DNA from: the human T2T-CHM13v2.0 reference genome, Homo sapiens
Assembly: GCF_009914755.1 (NCBI RefSeq)
Contig: NC_060936.1
Strand: one strand, 5' to 3'
DNA: 64,000 nucleotides
In this document: one piece after another, positions 42,224 to 61,052 of the stretch
Layout: the number at the start of each line of letters is the position of its first letter
Position numbering within the stretch: the stretch's first letter is position 1
The notes under the pieces: generated by a model
Databases searched by the model: none
The model's input: the letters and a program-made list of their open reading frames with translations, nothing else
What the model was told of the DNA's origin: nothing
Made by a program: the position numbers and the translations under genes

Positions 42224-43923
42224 TCAAAAAAAAAAAAATGCAAAAAAAAAAAAAACCCCAAAAAACAAACAAACAAACAAAAAAAACTAGAAGCCGAGCA
42301 CAGTGGCTCACACCTGTAATCTCAGCACTTTGAAGGTTGAGAAGGGAGGATCACTTGAGCCCAGGAGTTCGAGACCAGCCTGGGCAACATGGCAAAACCC
42401 CATCTCTACAAAAAATACAAAAAGTAGCTGGGACTATACATCTGTAGTCTCAGCTACTTGGGAGGCTGAGGTGGGAGGATCATCTGAGTAGGGGGAGGTC
42501 GAGGTTGCAGTGAGCCATGATTGTGTCAGCCTCGGTAACAGACTGAGTCCTAGTTTTGAAAAAAAAAAGAGCGAGAATTAGGCAGGAGGAGGAAAGCAGT
42601 CCATGTGGAAAGACCAACCACATATTTGCCACCATGTATTGGGCCTTTAAGATGTGCCAAGCACTGTAGATTGCATTATCTCAGTTACTTCTCAACCTTA
42701 TGGGGTGGGTACTATCACTACCCGCACTGTACAGATGAGGAAATTTAGGTACAGTGAGATTTAAGTACTTTGCTCAAGTTCCCACCGCTAATGAGATGGA
42801 AAGGCAGATCTGTAAATAGAACTTGCAGAGAAAACTGTGGTTATGGTACTAGGGGGTGAGAGGGGCAGACTATGGTCTGGAAGCTACCTACAGGAAGTGC
42901 AGTATGGCAGGAGGGAAGGAAGGGAGAGGAAGGCAATGGATCACCAAAGGGCTTGTAAGTCCTTTTAAACAAATCCAGCGGTTCTTAACCTTGCTTTGCC
43001 ATAGCCTTCTCTAACAGCCTGGTGAAGCCCGGTTCTCTTCTCAGAGCAATGTTTTAAATGCATGAAATGCAACATACAGGATTACAAAGAAAACCAATGA
43101 TACCGAAATTTAATTATCATGATAGTAAACAACCAAACTTGTGATGTATGTGCTTCTTACATCTTAGATATAGAGATGGGTCTAAAAATTAGAGTGGCAC
43201 ATTTTAAATCAGGGATGAGTGTAAATGACTTTTTTCCCCAATATCTTTTTATCAATAAAATGATATATTGATATCTGTATCTGCAAAGATTGTAATGAGA
43301 TATGAAAATCTGTGACTTCTGTTGGGATAAAGTAACGGCATTGCCAGAACTACTGTGGCTTAGTGCTTGCAAGACGGAAAGAGATGCTAAAATTCAGTCA
43401 GAGATGAATAGAAAGCAAAGATGCAACATGTTTTCATTCCAAATTCAAGAACCCTTGGGTTCTATCCATGATTAGGCCCCTTGATGTTGCGGGGCTCTGT
43501 ATTTATTCCCAGGGCACTAGGGAGTCACGGTCAGAGTGATGTGCTGGGCACTGCTCTTGGCAACAACCTCCAGGGTGGGAGAATGTGTTGGAGGTGGGGA
43601 AAGGCTGGGTGCGAGAATACCGGGAGGGGGCTGTTGCAGTTATCTCGAAGAGACGGCAGCCTTCCCAGTGTGGGGCAGTGAGGATAGACCCAAGGAGGCA
43701 GAATCAAAAGACATTTGGGTACCTCAGCTTCCCCGACTGGAATAATGAAATACCCTCCCTACTGCACCTGCCCATGCTTTCAATCTGCACTACACCCAGT
43801 CCCTGGAGGTCTCTCGGGGAAGGAAGCCGAGTCCCAGTGACTCTCTCCTCACCATCCATCCTCTCAGGCTCCAGGGGAAGATCCCACGCCCCTCAGCCAG
43901 TCTCCCCAAACATAGTACCCTAC

Positions 43924-44068
43924 CGGCTCTTGGCTTCCCTGCCACGTGCGGGCGTTGCTCCAAGCCCCAAGCCGGCATTGCCGCCTCGCGGCACCGCTCC
44001 AGCTCCTCCGCATCGCTACTGCTGTTACTACTTTCCGAATCGCTCACAGTGCCACTGGGCGCCGCCAT
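43924..44068 (-). CDS. C12orf43: C12orf43 exon 1 coding part
   Basis: AAGATGGCG; MAAPSGTVSDSESSNSSSDAEELERCREAAMPAWGLEQRPHVAGKPRA; donor G|GTAGGG. Six exons sum to 789 nt (262 aa). Confidence 0.97.
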
Positions 44069-44170
44069 CTTGAACCACCGCAAAGGATTGTGGAGAACAC
44101 CGCAGTTATCAAGCCTCCTTCATGACGTCACGTGAGAGGAGAGGCGCGAGGCATTGTGGGGATTGTAGTT
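44061..44170 (-). promoter_or_regulatory. C12orf43 CpG-rich housekeeping-type promoter (YY1, CRE, E-box, ZNF143 motif)
   Basis: CAAGATGGCGGC overlapping the ATG (44061-44072); TGACGTCA 44123-44130; CACGTG 44129-44134; ACTACAATCCCCACAATGC(-) 44151-44169. Confidence 0.8.
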
Positions 44171-44618
44171 CCAAGACTTGGACCGCCATTGGCCATGAAC
44201 TGTACTGGGTTGGGGATACCAGGTGGGAATGGGGAGGTGGGCGGTTCTCAAAGGCAAGAGCTAGAAGGGCCTAAGAGATTAACTTCTCCAATCATTTCTT
44301 GATGACAGATCTCCAGAGGGGATGGGAATCTCCTAAGGAGTTAATGACAGACCCAGGATTAGTTCCCAGGTTTTGATTCCATGTCATTTATTCTAGTAAT
44401 TTCCCAGTCCAGTTGGGCCTAAGAAACACCTTAGAGAGCTGGTTAAACTGCAGACTTTTGGGTCTCACAGAAAATACTAACAGAATCAGAATCTCTGATA
44501 GGTGGAATCCAGGAATCTGTATTTCCTTTAATAGCCTAGGGCCTTACTACTTAAGAGTGTAGTCCATGAGCCAGCAGCATTGGTAACACCTGGGAGCTCG
44601 TTAGAAATGCAGAATCCA

Positions 44619-45070
<452 letters not shown>

Positions 45071-45276
45071 ATACTGACTCCCAGGACCCATCCAAGACCA
45101 AAAAATTAGAATCTCTGTGGTTAAAATACCTCACAGTGAAGGATGAACAAAATCACTTTACTTTTGTGTGTGGAATGCTGTTTCATGTTTTATCTTTGAA
45201 GACAGGTATGTCAAAACTTTACTAAAATAAACTCTCTGGCCTTGAGCTTTTTCTATTTCAAAGAAGAGGAAGGTGA

Positions 45277-46704
<1,428 letters not shown>

Positions 46705-47734
46705 TTGCATTTTTCATTCTTTTTTTTATTTTAAACAAGAATTTTCCCACCACCTACAATGTGGGCTGTGCTGGGCATTATGAAGGACACAAAGATGGGG
46801 ACTGGAACAGCCTGTCTACCTCCTGGAAAGGAGGCACTTTTTCTGTCCCTGAAGGCAAACAGAGGTGGGAGATACACAGATTATGATTGCTAAATTGACC
46901 AGAGGCTGTTGATAACCAATTGCAGTGTGCATTTTCTATGCTATGGTAGGAGAGTAGCCCACCAGAAAACTAGGCAAAACAGGGGGGCAAAAGGAAACTT
47001 TTTATTGCTTGGAGTAAACCTGATCACATGACGTCCTTTGATAATAAAGATGCTATTACTTTCCTACAGTTTCCTGACTATTATGTACTGTTTGTGTATG
47101 GGTTTTAGGAGTTGAGGTGATTTTTTTTTACACTGCATCATCCTCAATCTCCCATTCTTTGTCTCTTTTTGCCTCAGTTTCCCCAGTCCTCATTTCTTAG
47201 AGTTGAGAAGCTCAAATGATCAAGCAATAACCATTAGGACAGCATTAGGCCCTGTGGAAATAAACAGCCCCCAAATGAGAACTAACAAAGGCGATTTATT
47301 CCCAACTTGCTATAGCAAAGGAACCAGCCACCCATCTCTCGCTTTTGACAGAGATTTAAAGACAGGCAGGAAAATGGGAAGGCTTCAGGGATGCCGTGAT
47401 TGAGGCTGTTGGTATGGGGAAGCTGGAAGTGCACTCACCAGAAGTGGGGCTAACCATGTGATTGGTCTGGGGAGCTTATTTGGGTTTCTTGGGTTGGTCA
47501 TAAATAGGAAGCAGGATGGGAGTAGGGTGGGGAGTTAGAGATGCTGCCAGTTATCGCCCAAGTCCTGATGGTTTGGGGTTGATTGCTGCAGAAGGCTGTG
47601 GGTCCGAATTCTGTTGCTGTGCGTCATGTGACCACACTATTTATTTGTATATTTAGTCCTCACACCCCTCCTCATCCTCCCCCTGGCAGGGCTGGGATAA
47701 TCCTGTTTTTAAACGGATTTACTTATTTTTATGT

Positions 47735-48030
47735 TTTAGTTTTTAGACACAGGGTCTTGCTCTGTGGCCTGGGCAGGAGTGTAGCAGTGTGATCACAGCT
47801 CACTGCAGCTTCAGCCTCCTGGGCTCAAGTGATTCTTCTGCCTCAGCTTCTTGAGTGCCTGAGACTACAAATGTGCACAACCACACCCAGTGAATTATTT
47901 TTTTATTTTGTAGAGACGGGGTCTCCCTATGATACCCAGGCTGGTCTTGAACTCCTCGGCTCAAGCGCTCCTCCCACCTCGGCCTCCCAAAGTTCTGGGA
48001 TTACAGGTGTGAGCTACCACGTCTGGCCTG
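47735..48030 (-). mobile_element. Old (AluJ-like) Alu in the OASL 3' UTR
   Basis: Diverged Alu, sense to OASL; AATAAA in its A-rich linker (47902-47907). Confidence 0.85.
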
Positions 48031-48154
48031 GGATAACTCATTGTAAAACTGGTGAAGACCTGGGACCTTCCCAGTAGACAATGGGACAGAGTGATTGACA
48101 GGATGAGTTCTGGAGTACATGGCAGAAATGTACAGAGAAGTCTCCCAGAGAAAA

Positions 48155-48652
48155 CTAACTGGCTGGAAACAGAGCCTCTCCTTTCTTCTTCGAGAGGATG
48201 AGAGTGTCACTGTCTTGGATGCCATAGATCCCCAGACCCAACCAGTCCTGCAGGACTTGGCCTTGGAATTCCAGCTGCTGCTGCTTTTTAGGAAGCCCCT
48301 GCTGGTCTTCAATCTGCTGCTTCAGACCCAGGATGAAGCTGTTGGGGTTGATGGCATAGGCGTAGCTCCCACCATCAGGATTCTTCACGAAGACCTGGAT
48401 CTCGGAGGGGATGGTCTCCAGCAGATAGATGTGAGTGTGGGAGAAGATCCCATATTTGGCTAAGGAGCACCTGCTGCTGAGAAGCTGCCTCTCACTGCCA
48501 GGAACCTGGAAGGACAGACGCTGCAGGCCAGAGTAGCCCCTGGTCCTCCGGATTTTCTCTTTAACCTTCCTTATGGGCTCATAAGGGTTCACGATGAGGT
48601 TGAAATCTGGGTAACCCCTCTGCTCCACTGTCAAGTGGATGTCTCGTGCCCT
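48155..48652 (-). CDS. OASL: OASL exon 6 (two ubiquitin-like domains)
   Basis: CCAG|AGG GCA; RARDIHLTVEQRGYPDFNLIVNPYEPIRKVKEKI...EIQVFVKNPDGGSYAYAINPNSFILGLKQQIEDQQGLPKKQQQLEFQGQVLQDW...KKKGEALFPAS*. Confidence 0.98.
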   Translation of the reverse strand, partial: RARDIHLTVEQRGYPDFNLIVNPYEPIRKVKEKIRRTRGYSGLQRLSFQVPGSERQLLSSRCSLAKYGIFSHTHIYLLETIPSEIQVFVKNPDGGSYAYAINPNSFILGLKQQIEDQQGLPKKQQQLEFQGQVLQDWLGLGIYGIQDSDTLILSKKKGEALFPAS

Positions 48653-49091
48653 CTGGAAGGGAGAGGGAGAAGGAGAGGTGTTAAGTCCACACTTCTTTGT
48701 CTGATGTGCAAATGTTCCCTTCATCTGTCCTTATCTTTACAATAGTAGCAGCAGCAGCGGCAGCAGCAAATGTTTAGGGAGTGGTAAGCACTTTCCAGGC
48801 TGTATGCTGAGCACCTTCCATACCCTTAATGCATTTTATTCTCAGAGCATCTCTATTAGTTGGTTGGTTCTACTGTTACCCCCATGTTATTGATGAGGAA
48901 ACTGAGCAGGGTTAGGTAATTTACTGAACACCAATCACATAGGTAGTAAGGAGCAGGGCAGATATGTGAAGTGAGGTTGGTCAGACTCCAGAGTCTGTGT
49001 TCTCACCACCTCCAGAGGCTACACTCCAGGGCCTGAGAGCCCCAGGTGGCTGGAGAGCACCTGGAAAATGCTGGCGAGGGTCAGGCCTCTA

Positions 49092-49571
<480 letters not shown>

Positions 49572-49670
49572 TTAACTCACTGCGCCTTGACCTCCCAAGC
49601 TGAAGCGATCCTCCCGCCTCAGTTTCCTGAGTAGCTGGGACCACAGGTGCGTGCCACCACATCTGGCTAA

Positions 49671-49916
<246 letters not shown>

Positions 49917-50833
49917 TGATCTGCCCACCTCGGCCTCCCAAAGTGCTGGGATTACAGATGTGAGCCACCGCACCTGGCCAAGTTTTGTATTTTTAGTAGA
50001 GACGGGGTTTCACCATGTTGCCTAGGCTGGTCTTGAACTGTTGGGCTCAAGGGATCCACCCGCCTCAGCCCCTCAAAGTGCTGTGATTACAGGCGTGCGC
50101 CACTGCCCCCAGCCTACAATGGCTTTTATATTCAGGAAAAATCCAGAGGCGTATATTTTCCAGCCCATGGGTGGGCCTCCTCATTTGGCCAGCGGGTCCC
50201 CCCGTTTATACTCTATGTACCTTACTGGAGCCTCTGATTCTGCTTCTGCCTTCTGCTCCAAGCAGTTCAGTCTCCTGTCCTGTACACATCTTGCTCATCC
50301 CAGCCTCCCATCCTTTACCCCTCATCATCCTTTGTCCTCTGTTCTGAGTGTCTATATCTCCCCCCGGCCTTTAGGGCTCATTTCAACTCCTAACTTTTTA
50401 AAGGAATCTTCTCTGGTGACTTCAGTTAACATTTATTCTGCTTCCAGACCCCCAGAGCCCCTGGTTCTGCTGCCTCTTAGCAGAGTGCCCTTAGTTAATT
50501 AACCTCTCTGAGCCTCAGTTTTCTCTTCTGTAAAATGGCAATAATAGTAATGATGATAATAATAATAAAGATAGTGATAACACTCGACCTTCTTACTTTA
50601 CAGAATTGCTTATGAGGATCAACTGAGACAGACCTTGGACAAGAGCTTTGCACACTAGAAAGTGTGATGTTAATAAAATAGATTTTTGTGATCTCTGCCT
50701 ATACTATAGGTTTGGCATCATATAATAATATGACTTAGTATTTTTTGTTTGTTTGTTTGTTTTCAGAGTATCTTGTCTTCTCTGGTAATTCTAGCAGTTT
50801 TGTGTAAGTTTGTTTCATGGATTTGCTTCCTGA

Positions 50834-51278
<445 letters not shown>

Positions 51279-51584
51279 TGATTGAGCTGACTTGGCTGGA
51301 CCCAACTCACGCAAAGAATGATCAGGAACACAGAACTGATTCTCCAGTAAATTATGGGAAAAAGAAAGGAAAGGAGAACAAGAATTTGAAGGTAAGAAAC
51401 CCAAGGCTCTGAGAGCCAAAGAATTTGTCCAAGTTCACGGAGCCCATGGGTGGTGCAGCTGGCCCTTAAACGGTGACTCTAAAGTTCTGTTCTCCATCAA
51501 CACAGAACTGAATGAGTAAATACTGAGTAGTTTATCTGTCGTTCTGACCTTCAAGCCCTTGACAGCCCAGAGAGGAGCCATTAC

Positions 51585-51732
51585 CTTCACGTTCCAGCTG
51601 GAGATGGGGTTCTCCCTGTTGTCATAGCAACAGTCCTGTTTCAGGCACTGGGAGGCCCTCTGAGCAACGATGTCCCATCTGTACCCTTCTGCCACGTTGA
51701 GGGTGGGGTCGGCCGGATCCAGGATGATGGGC
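51585..51732 (-). CDS. OASL: OASL exon 5
   Basis: ACAG|G CCC; PIILDPADPTLNVAEGYRWDIVAQRASQCLKQDCCYDNRENPISSWNVK (OAS motif ILDPADPT); donor AG|GTAATG. Confidence 0.98.
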
Positions 51733-51925
51733 CTGTAACACAGGAAAAGGGTGCCCAGGCTCATAATGGTTTGAAGGCCTTCAAGCCAGAAAAAAACCTT
51801 CTCGGCAATTATTTCGTCCAGCCACTGAGAATTGTGATATCCACATCCCGGGGATGTTCAAGAGGGCCCCAAAACACCGCAGGAGAGTAACAGGATGGAG
51901 ACAATGCTATTTCCAAGAATTCCTA

Positions 51926-52389
<464 letters not shown>

Positions 52390-52810
52390 TTACTTTGGAT
52401 AGTAGAAACACCACTGCCACCAACTACTGACATTTATTGAAGCACAAGGCCAAATCCTATGCAGATTAACCTATTTTAATCTTACAGCAATTCTATAAGG
52501 TAGGGACTGTTATTTTTATTGTTTATTGTTGTGGTTGTCCCCTTTTTACAGACCTCCCTAAGTTCCTTTTTTTTTTTTTTTTTTTTTTTTTGAGACAGAG
52601 TCTCGCTCTGTCGCCCAGGCTGAAGGGCAGTGGTGCAATCTCGGCTCACTGCAACTTCCACCTCCCGGGTTCAGCCAATTCTCTGCCTCGGCCTCCTGAG
52701 TAGCTGGGATTACAGGTACCCGCCACCACGCCCAGCTAATTTTTGTATTTTTAGTAGAGATGGGGTTTCACCATCTTGGCCAGGCTGGTCTTGAACTCCT
52801 GACCTCGTGA

Positions 52811-52984
<174 letters not shown>

Positions 52985-53158
52985 TAAATATTTTAAAGAA
53001 TATTGGCTTGAAGGGGATCTTGGGCTTGCTTATTAACTTGGGGTGACTGCAAGTCCATGATTAACACCAGCTCTTTGAGTGGGGCGCAGTGGCTCACGCC
53101 TATAATCCCAGCATTTTGTGGGGCCGAGGTGGGCAGATCACTTGAGGTCAGGAGTTCA

Positions 53159-53329
<171 letters not shown>

Positions 53330-55169
53330 CTAGGTGACAGAGCAAGACTCCATTAAAAAAAAAAAAACAAAACCCAAAAACAAACAAAAAAAACCCAGCC
53401 CTTTGTACTCCAGGGCTTGGGAGGGAGCTGCGACTTCATCTGTGTAATCGAATGTGACACAGGCTACTGGAATGAACTGGACTTTGGGCTCCAGGCTGGC
53501 TCCTCCCAACCCTGACTGCTCCCTAAAACAGTCCTGCCTGAAAGTGCCAGGCTGTCCTATGGGGTGGGGTCACTGATCTAAAGTGGCTCATTCTGTTGGC
53601 TGGCAGGTGACCCAACACATGGGGTCTGTGTCCCGTGACCAGGAATCAGACTGGTTCTCTCTGGGGTTTGGACATGGGGATGATGGAGATCCCTTATACC
53701 TGGGAGGCAGAGGGGAGCCGGACAGGTGTGGAGAGAGAAGCAGAGGCTGAGGGGAAAAGTGCTGTAGTTCATGAGAGAGAGTGACAGAGAGAGAGAGGGA
53801 GTCTCAGGTCCTGATGCTTTCTCGATTTTTCTGGCCATGGTTATAATAAATCCTCTTTTCATGAGCAGACCTGGCTTTTCTTCCTTACAAAAGAGACCCA
53901 ATACTACATAACAGAACACTAAATACTGTGATGTTGCTTACACAGGCCCAGAGCTTCTAACACAGAGAGTTGTCTGGGTTGGGCTTCCCCTGAAGCAGAT
54001 CCCCAGATAAGGATTTGGCTTATTTGGAAAGTGATCCCAGGAAGCACAAATAAGGGAGTGAGACAGTGAGACAGATAAGGGAAGGCAGACAACAAAGAGT
54101 GGGTATTGAAGTAATTACTACTGTGGTCCACTGGAGGCGATCTTTAGGAAAGAGTATGGAATGGGGCCCAGTGCGGTGGCTCACGCCTGTAAGCCCAGTA
54201 CTTTGGGAGGCCAAGGCAGGCGCATCACCTGAGGTCAGGAGTTTGAGACCAGCCTGGCCAACATGGCAAAGCACTGTCTCTACAAAAATACAAAAATCAG
54301 CTGGGTGTGGGTTGTAGGCGCCTGTAATCTCAGCTACTCAGAAGCCTGAGGGAGGGGAATCACTCGAACCCAGGAGGCAGAGGTTGCAATGAGTGGAGAT
54401 TGCGCCACTGCACTCCACCCTGGGTGACAGAGCAAAACTCTGTCTTAAAAAAAAAAAAAAAAAGTTACGCAATGAGACCCAGATTCCTTCCATCTTTTGG
54501 GTGAGGGAGCTGTGGTATTTATCCACCAACTCCCACCAGATCTGGTGGAGGGCTCTTCTCAGAGTGGGTCTGCTGGCAAAGGGATGCAGGTGCTGACAGC
54601 TGGAAGTGGAACCAACCTTCCCTAGAACGGTAAAGGCCGAGAGGATATGAATGGGACGCTGACAGCACATGCTCCAATATAAGCATTTACTCAGCATCTG
54701 CCAGATGCTAGATATTGTGGATCCTTAACACAGATTTTCTCCAACCCTTACATCAATCCTATATCGTAGGTTCCAGTTTACTCCTGTCTTATGGATAAGG
54801 GATTGAGGCTCATAGCAGTAGGAAAATGGCTGAGCTGGGATTTAAACTTGAGTCTCCAAGATTCTTTCCATTTTCCCATGCTAGCTCCTACAAAGCACTG
54901 AATGGTCTTCAGAGAGCAAGAAGGCCAAGCTAAGGTGGAGGGTGGCTTAGGAAACAAGGAACAGGCTTCTACCCGCCCCATGGCCCCCCAGTGACTTTGA
55001 TAAGCCACCAACTTGAGATGCCAGCTGTGTTGGTGTGGGAGGTCGATGCTCAACTATGGTGGCAGCCTTACTGCTTAATACAGCCAATCCATAAAACTCT
55101 ATGCCACGTTACACTAGCCCGTCTCTCTTTTTTTCTGTAAGATTTGGTGGGCAAACAGTGGTCCAGTAC

Positions 55170-55411
55170 CTCTCTTTTTTGAGCTGTTTTCTGACACAAT
55201 CCTCAATGATTGCATTGTGGAGTGTGTAGTACTTGGTCCAGTAGATACAGATGACTTCATACTCCAGGAGCAGGTCCATCACAGTGGTGAAGCCTTCGTC
55301 CAACATGAAATTCTCGTCTTCTTCAGTACCCATTTCCCAGGCATAGATGGTTAGAAGTTCAAGAGCATAGAGAGGGGGCAGATTGGCTCTGGGGGACCTG
55401 GCTTTCACATA
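55170..55411 (-). CDS. OASL: OASL exon 4
   Basis: ACAG|TAT GTG; YVKARSPRANLPPLYALELLTIYAWEMG...CIYWTKYY...RKQLKKE; donor AG|GTACTG. Confidence 0.98.
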
Positions 55412-56372
55412 CTGTTGAAAGAGATGGGAAGACAGAGAGAGAGAGACCCTAAGATTCTGTGTAAGGATGGCGTTGGACCAGAAGCTGAGAAATCCAAGTT
55501 CTAGTCCTGGCTCTGCTGCCTACTGGCTGTGTGACCTTGGCCATGTCACATTCCATCTCTAGACATAGGTTTCACCATTTTAGAATTAAAGGGCTGAGTT
55601 AGTCCATTGGGCTTCAATATATGCTCAACAGATGTAACTCCTGGAATGAACTTATGAACAGGTATGAGCAGATTGCGCTCGGTCACAAACATTCTAGCCT
55701 AAGCAGTCCCATTTAAATCTATTTTAATGTATTGAGCTGCTGAGAAATGTTTCTTAAAAGAAAGGAAAGGTTTCCTTAGATAGAGGGAAAAAATGGTAAT
55801 AGGTGAGATTCTGTAGTGAAGATTGGGGTTGCCTCTCTAGCAGACATTCTTTCCTTCCCCATTGCATAGTAGCCATGATGTTTGGAAGGGGTTGACCCCC
55901 ACCCGCAGCTCCAGGATGGGCCCTGACTGGCACAGTCCTATCAGCATAAACCTTTCCCCCTTGCAAGTGATTGCTTCAAGAGAAGGCATGCGATCTAAGT
56001 TGGCTCAACTAGAGTAAAGCCTAGTTCTTTTGTTCAGTGGTTGAAAGAAGAGAAGTCCTCCCATGTGTGAATATGAGGGCAGGAATAGTTGTGGCCATTT
56101 TGCCACCAAGAGGGAAACAAGCCAAAGGACCAAGCTGACATATAGAGGAATGAGAAGCTGAGAGAATTCCAGAGAAACAGAGCCAGTGCCCTCACCAGTG
56201 CCTGAAACCCGCCCCCCCCGCCCGCCCCCCCTACTGTTTAGGGGTTTTCCTACATAAGCTGATAATTCCCTTTATTGTTTAAGCCAGTTTGAGTTGGTTT
56301 TTGTGTTTTTCTCTTACTTGCAAAAGGAAGCATCTTAACTGACAGTGGTCACTTCCTGTGTTAAGAATCTCA

Positions 56373-56727
<355 letters not shown>

Positions 56728-57092
56728 TCAAATATTCAGTAGTTTGATTTGTGGAAGTAAAACTGACATATTTTCCTATGGCCATCATATATGAATATTA
56801 GCTCCCATCCCAAAGTCAGAGGAGAAAAAAAAAAGCTATAACACTTTGGCCTTGAAACAAACACAGAATCATCTTGTATAATTCTCATCTCCCAAATAAA
56901 TGAAACCTTGGGCCTTTCCTATAGGTCACTGACTTACTAACAAAAAAACTTTATCCTTGACCTTAGAAATTCAATTTTGAATTAAAATGTATTTATAAGG
57001 CTGGGCTCAGTGGCTCACGCCTGTAATCCCAGCACTTTGGGAGGCCAAGGCAGGTGGATCACAAGGTCAGGAGATCGAGACCATCCTGGCTA

Positions 57093-57299
<207 letters not shown>

Positions 57300-57728
57300 T
57301 TAATTAATTTGTTTTGTAACTTTTTGCAAATTCATCCTTAACACTCAATTTTGTAAACCATAACTAATAACATTATAATTTTGTTAGAAATTTAAACTCA
57401 TGGTAATATAACTTATTTTCTTCAATATTAGTGAAATGTTACATTCTTAAAACTTAGATGATATATAAAATGTAGGATGCCTGTAATCTGTAAGATGTAA
57501 GCCTTAGTGAATAGATAAAAAAAATACCCAGCTCAACTTACTTCACCTCCGGGGCTCAAGTGATCCTTCCTCCTCAGCCTCCTGAGCAGCTGAGACTACA
57601 GGAACCCATCACCACCCCCAGCTAATTTTTGTATTTTTGTATTTTTTGTAGAGACGGGGTTTCACTATGTTGCTCAGGCTGGTCTTGAACCCTTGGGCTC
57701 AAGTGATCCTCCTACCTCAGCCTCCTAA

Positions 57729-58001
<273 letters not shown>

Positions 58002-58414
58002 TAGCCAGGATGGTCTCGATCTCCTGATCTCATGATCTGCCCACCTCGGCCTCCCAAAATGCTGGGATTACAGGCGTGAGCCATCATGCCCAGCCTATTT
58101 TATTTTTATTGGATCAAATCTTTCCTTCTGCTGTCTGATTCCCTTGTAACTTCTCTGCAAGTTCTATATAATAAATGATTTTTGTCTCTGAGTTCTGTTT
58201 TGCAGTTGGAGTTTCCGTTATCTCGGAGGAAGATTTTGTTTCCAAAACTGACTGAGCTGCTGCCTGAGAAATGTCCCTGAGGGCTGTTTACACTCACACA
58301 TGCCCTCTTTTCGACTCCTGGGGTGGAATTAAAGAAATCCTTCCCCTTGTTAGTCCTTAACCTGCTGTGACGAATGGCCACAGTACCCGGCGAAGCTGAC
58401 ATCTGCCAGGCCTA

Positions 58415-58642
<228 letters not shown>

Positions 58643-59033
58643 TCACTTGAGACAGGGAGGTCTTGATCCAGGGAGGTGGAGGCTACAGTGAGTGGTGATT
58701 GCACCACCGCACTACAGCCTGGGCAACAAAGCAAGATCCTGTCTCAAAAAAAAATAATAAAATAAAATAAAAATAACTAGTTTACTGAAATACTGTAGAG
58801 CACCTATTTTTCTCCTTCCTTCTCTGTTTCTTTCTCCTCTTCCTCCTCCTCTCCTCCTTTTCCACCTTCTTCACTGACGGTTTCACTTTACATTTCAAAA
58901 GACTAGCATTCTCTCCCTCTCTACCTGCTTCCATTTCCCCTGGCTGCAGCTTCCTGAGATGAAAATCAGGCCCTGCCTTTCCTCCTCACCCTCTTCCCTC
59001 TCCTTGCCCCTGCCATCCTGGCAGCCCCCTCAC

Positions 59034-59209
59034 CTGCTGGTACCAGTGTTTCACCAGGCGCAGGAGGCTCTTCAGCTTAGTTGGCCGATGTTTCACGAAA
59101 TTTCTCTGCAGCTCGCTGAAGGATGGGCAGAAATTTCCAGGACCACCGCAGGCCTTGATCAGGCTCACATAGACCTCAGGGGGTGGCTGGGAGTTGGGAA
59201 GAGAAGGCC
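59034..59209 (-). CDS. OASL: OASL exon 3
   Basis: TCAG|GG CCT; [58 protein letters not shown]; donor AG|GTGAGG. Confidence 0.98.
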
Positions 59210-59636
59210 CTGAGGAGTGAAGGAGCAAAGGAAGAGATTGGGGATTGAGGAAGCCAGAGGGTGGTAAGTAGTATTTTGGGGAGAGCCTGCCTTTACATTG
59301 GAAGTATCCCTCCAGGGACACTTGAGACCTCATATCTTCAGAAACCAAAGGTTTGCCTTGTCTAATTGTCCTTTTTGTGAAATTCTTACTCTGGAGAACC
59401 AACATTGGGCTTTCCATGCATCAGACCCCTCCCTGGATGTCTTCAATGTCCCTCATTTTCTTTAATATCTGTTTTGTATCTCTTTCAATACTCATAGGGA
59501 GGCCGGGTGTGGTGGCTTAAGCCTGTAATCCCAGCACTTTGGGAGGCCGAGGTGGGCGGATCACCTGAGGTTAGGAGTTTGAAATCAGCCTGGCCAACAT
59601 GGTGAAATCCTATCTCTACTAAAAATAGAAAAATTA

Positions 59637-59807
<171 letters not shown>

Positions 59808-61052
59808 TCATAGGGAGAACCAGGAACCAGTTCCATGGTACACATCACTGAGACATCCCAGCACTCTCTTCCTTGCTAAAATCAGATCCTGTCTCTTATA
59901 CCTTCTCCAAAGAGCAACTCCACGCAGCCAGCCACTACAGCTGATAGGAGTTAGCACATGAGATGAAACCTCTAGGATCTGGGCTTGCAGCATGTAGGTT
60001 TTACTTCAAACACCTAGGACTCTGCCCGAGGACAAACAACAGGGACCAGTGAGTTAGTGCTCCCAAAGCAGCCCCCAACCAGTGACGGCTGGGAAGCTGG
60101 TGAGTAAGCACGCCAGCGTCCCACTTGGGATCCCGAAGAGGTTCGCTCCATAATGGGACTGTGAGTTCTCCCAGGACATGAAGCTCAGGGTGGTGACTTG
60201 CCCATGGACGCACGTTGTATTGAATTCTTGCCTTTCCCATCTCAGTTCCATACTTCCCTACCGGTGTTTCCTGGGAGGAATACCCAAATAAACTGCGTAT
60301 CCTCACATCCATGTCTTAGGATCTGCTTCTATAAAATGCAGTGACAGACCCCCACTCCCACTTTTAGCTCCTTCCCCTCACTGGGTGTCAGAGCCTCCTG
60401 AATGTTGTTTCCCCAGAAAGTCACTTCCTGAGCACCCTTTCTGTGGTTACCCAGGCCACCCCATTCTTTTTCTCTGAGCATTTACACCATTTGCAATCAT
60501 GTTTTTTTGTTTGTTTTTTTGTTTTTTGTTTTTTTGAGACGGAGTCTTGCTCTGTTGCCCAGGCTGGAGTGCAATGGCGCGATCTTGACTCACTGCAACC
60601 TCCGCCTCCTGGGTTCAAGTGATTCTCTGCCTCACCCTCCTGAGTAGCTGGGATTACAGGCGCCCACCACCACACCCAGCTAATTTTTTGTATTTTTAGT
60701 AGAGATGGTATTTCACCATCTTGGCCAGGCTGGTCTTCAACTCCTGACCTCATGATCCACCTGCCTTGGCCTCCCAAAGTGCTGGGATTACAGGCGTGAG
60801 CCACCGCGCCCAGGCTGCAATCATGTATTTATCTCTGCAATTCTTTGGTCAATTTCTGTATTCCAAGTTGAGCAATATGATAGCCAGAGTTGAGTTAATC
60901 CTGTGCACTGCAATAACCCAGCCCCAAGCATAGGACACAGATGAAATGAATAAATGTGGGTGTGTGCACGTGGCCATGAGTAAAGGTGAGACACTGGGAA
61001 GTCTCCTGGGGTGGGCAAGTGTGTGAGTCGGGTGAGCTTCCCCTCCCCTTAC

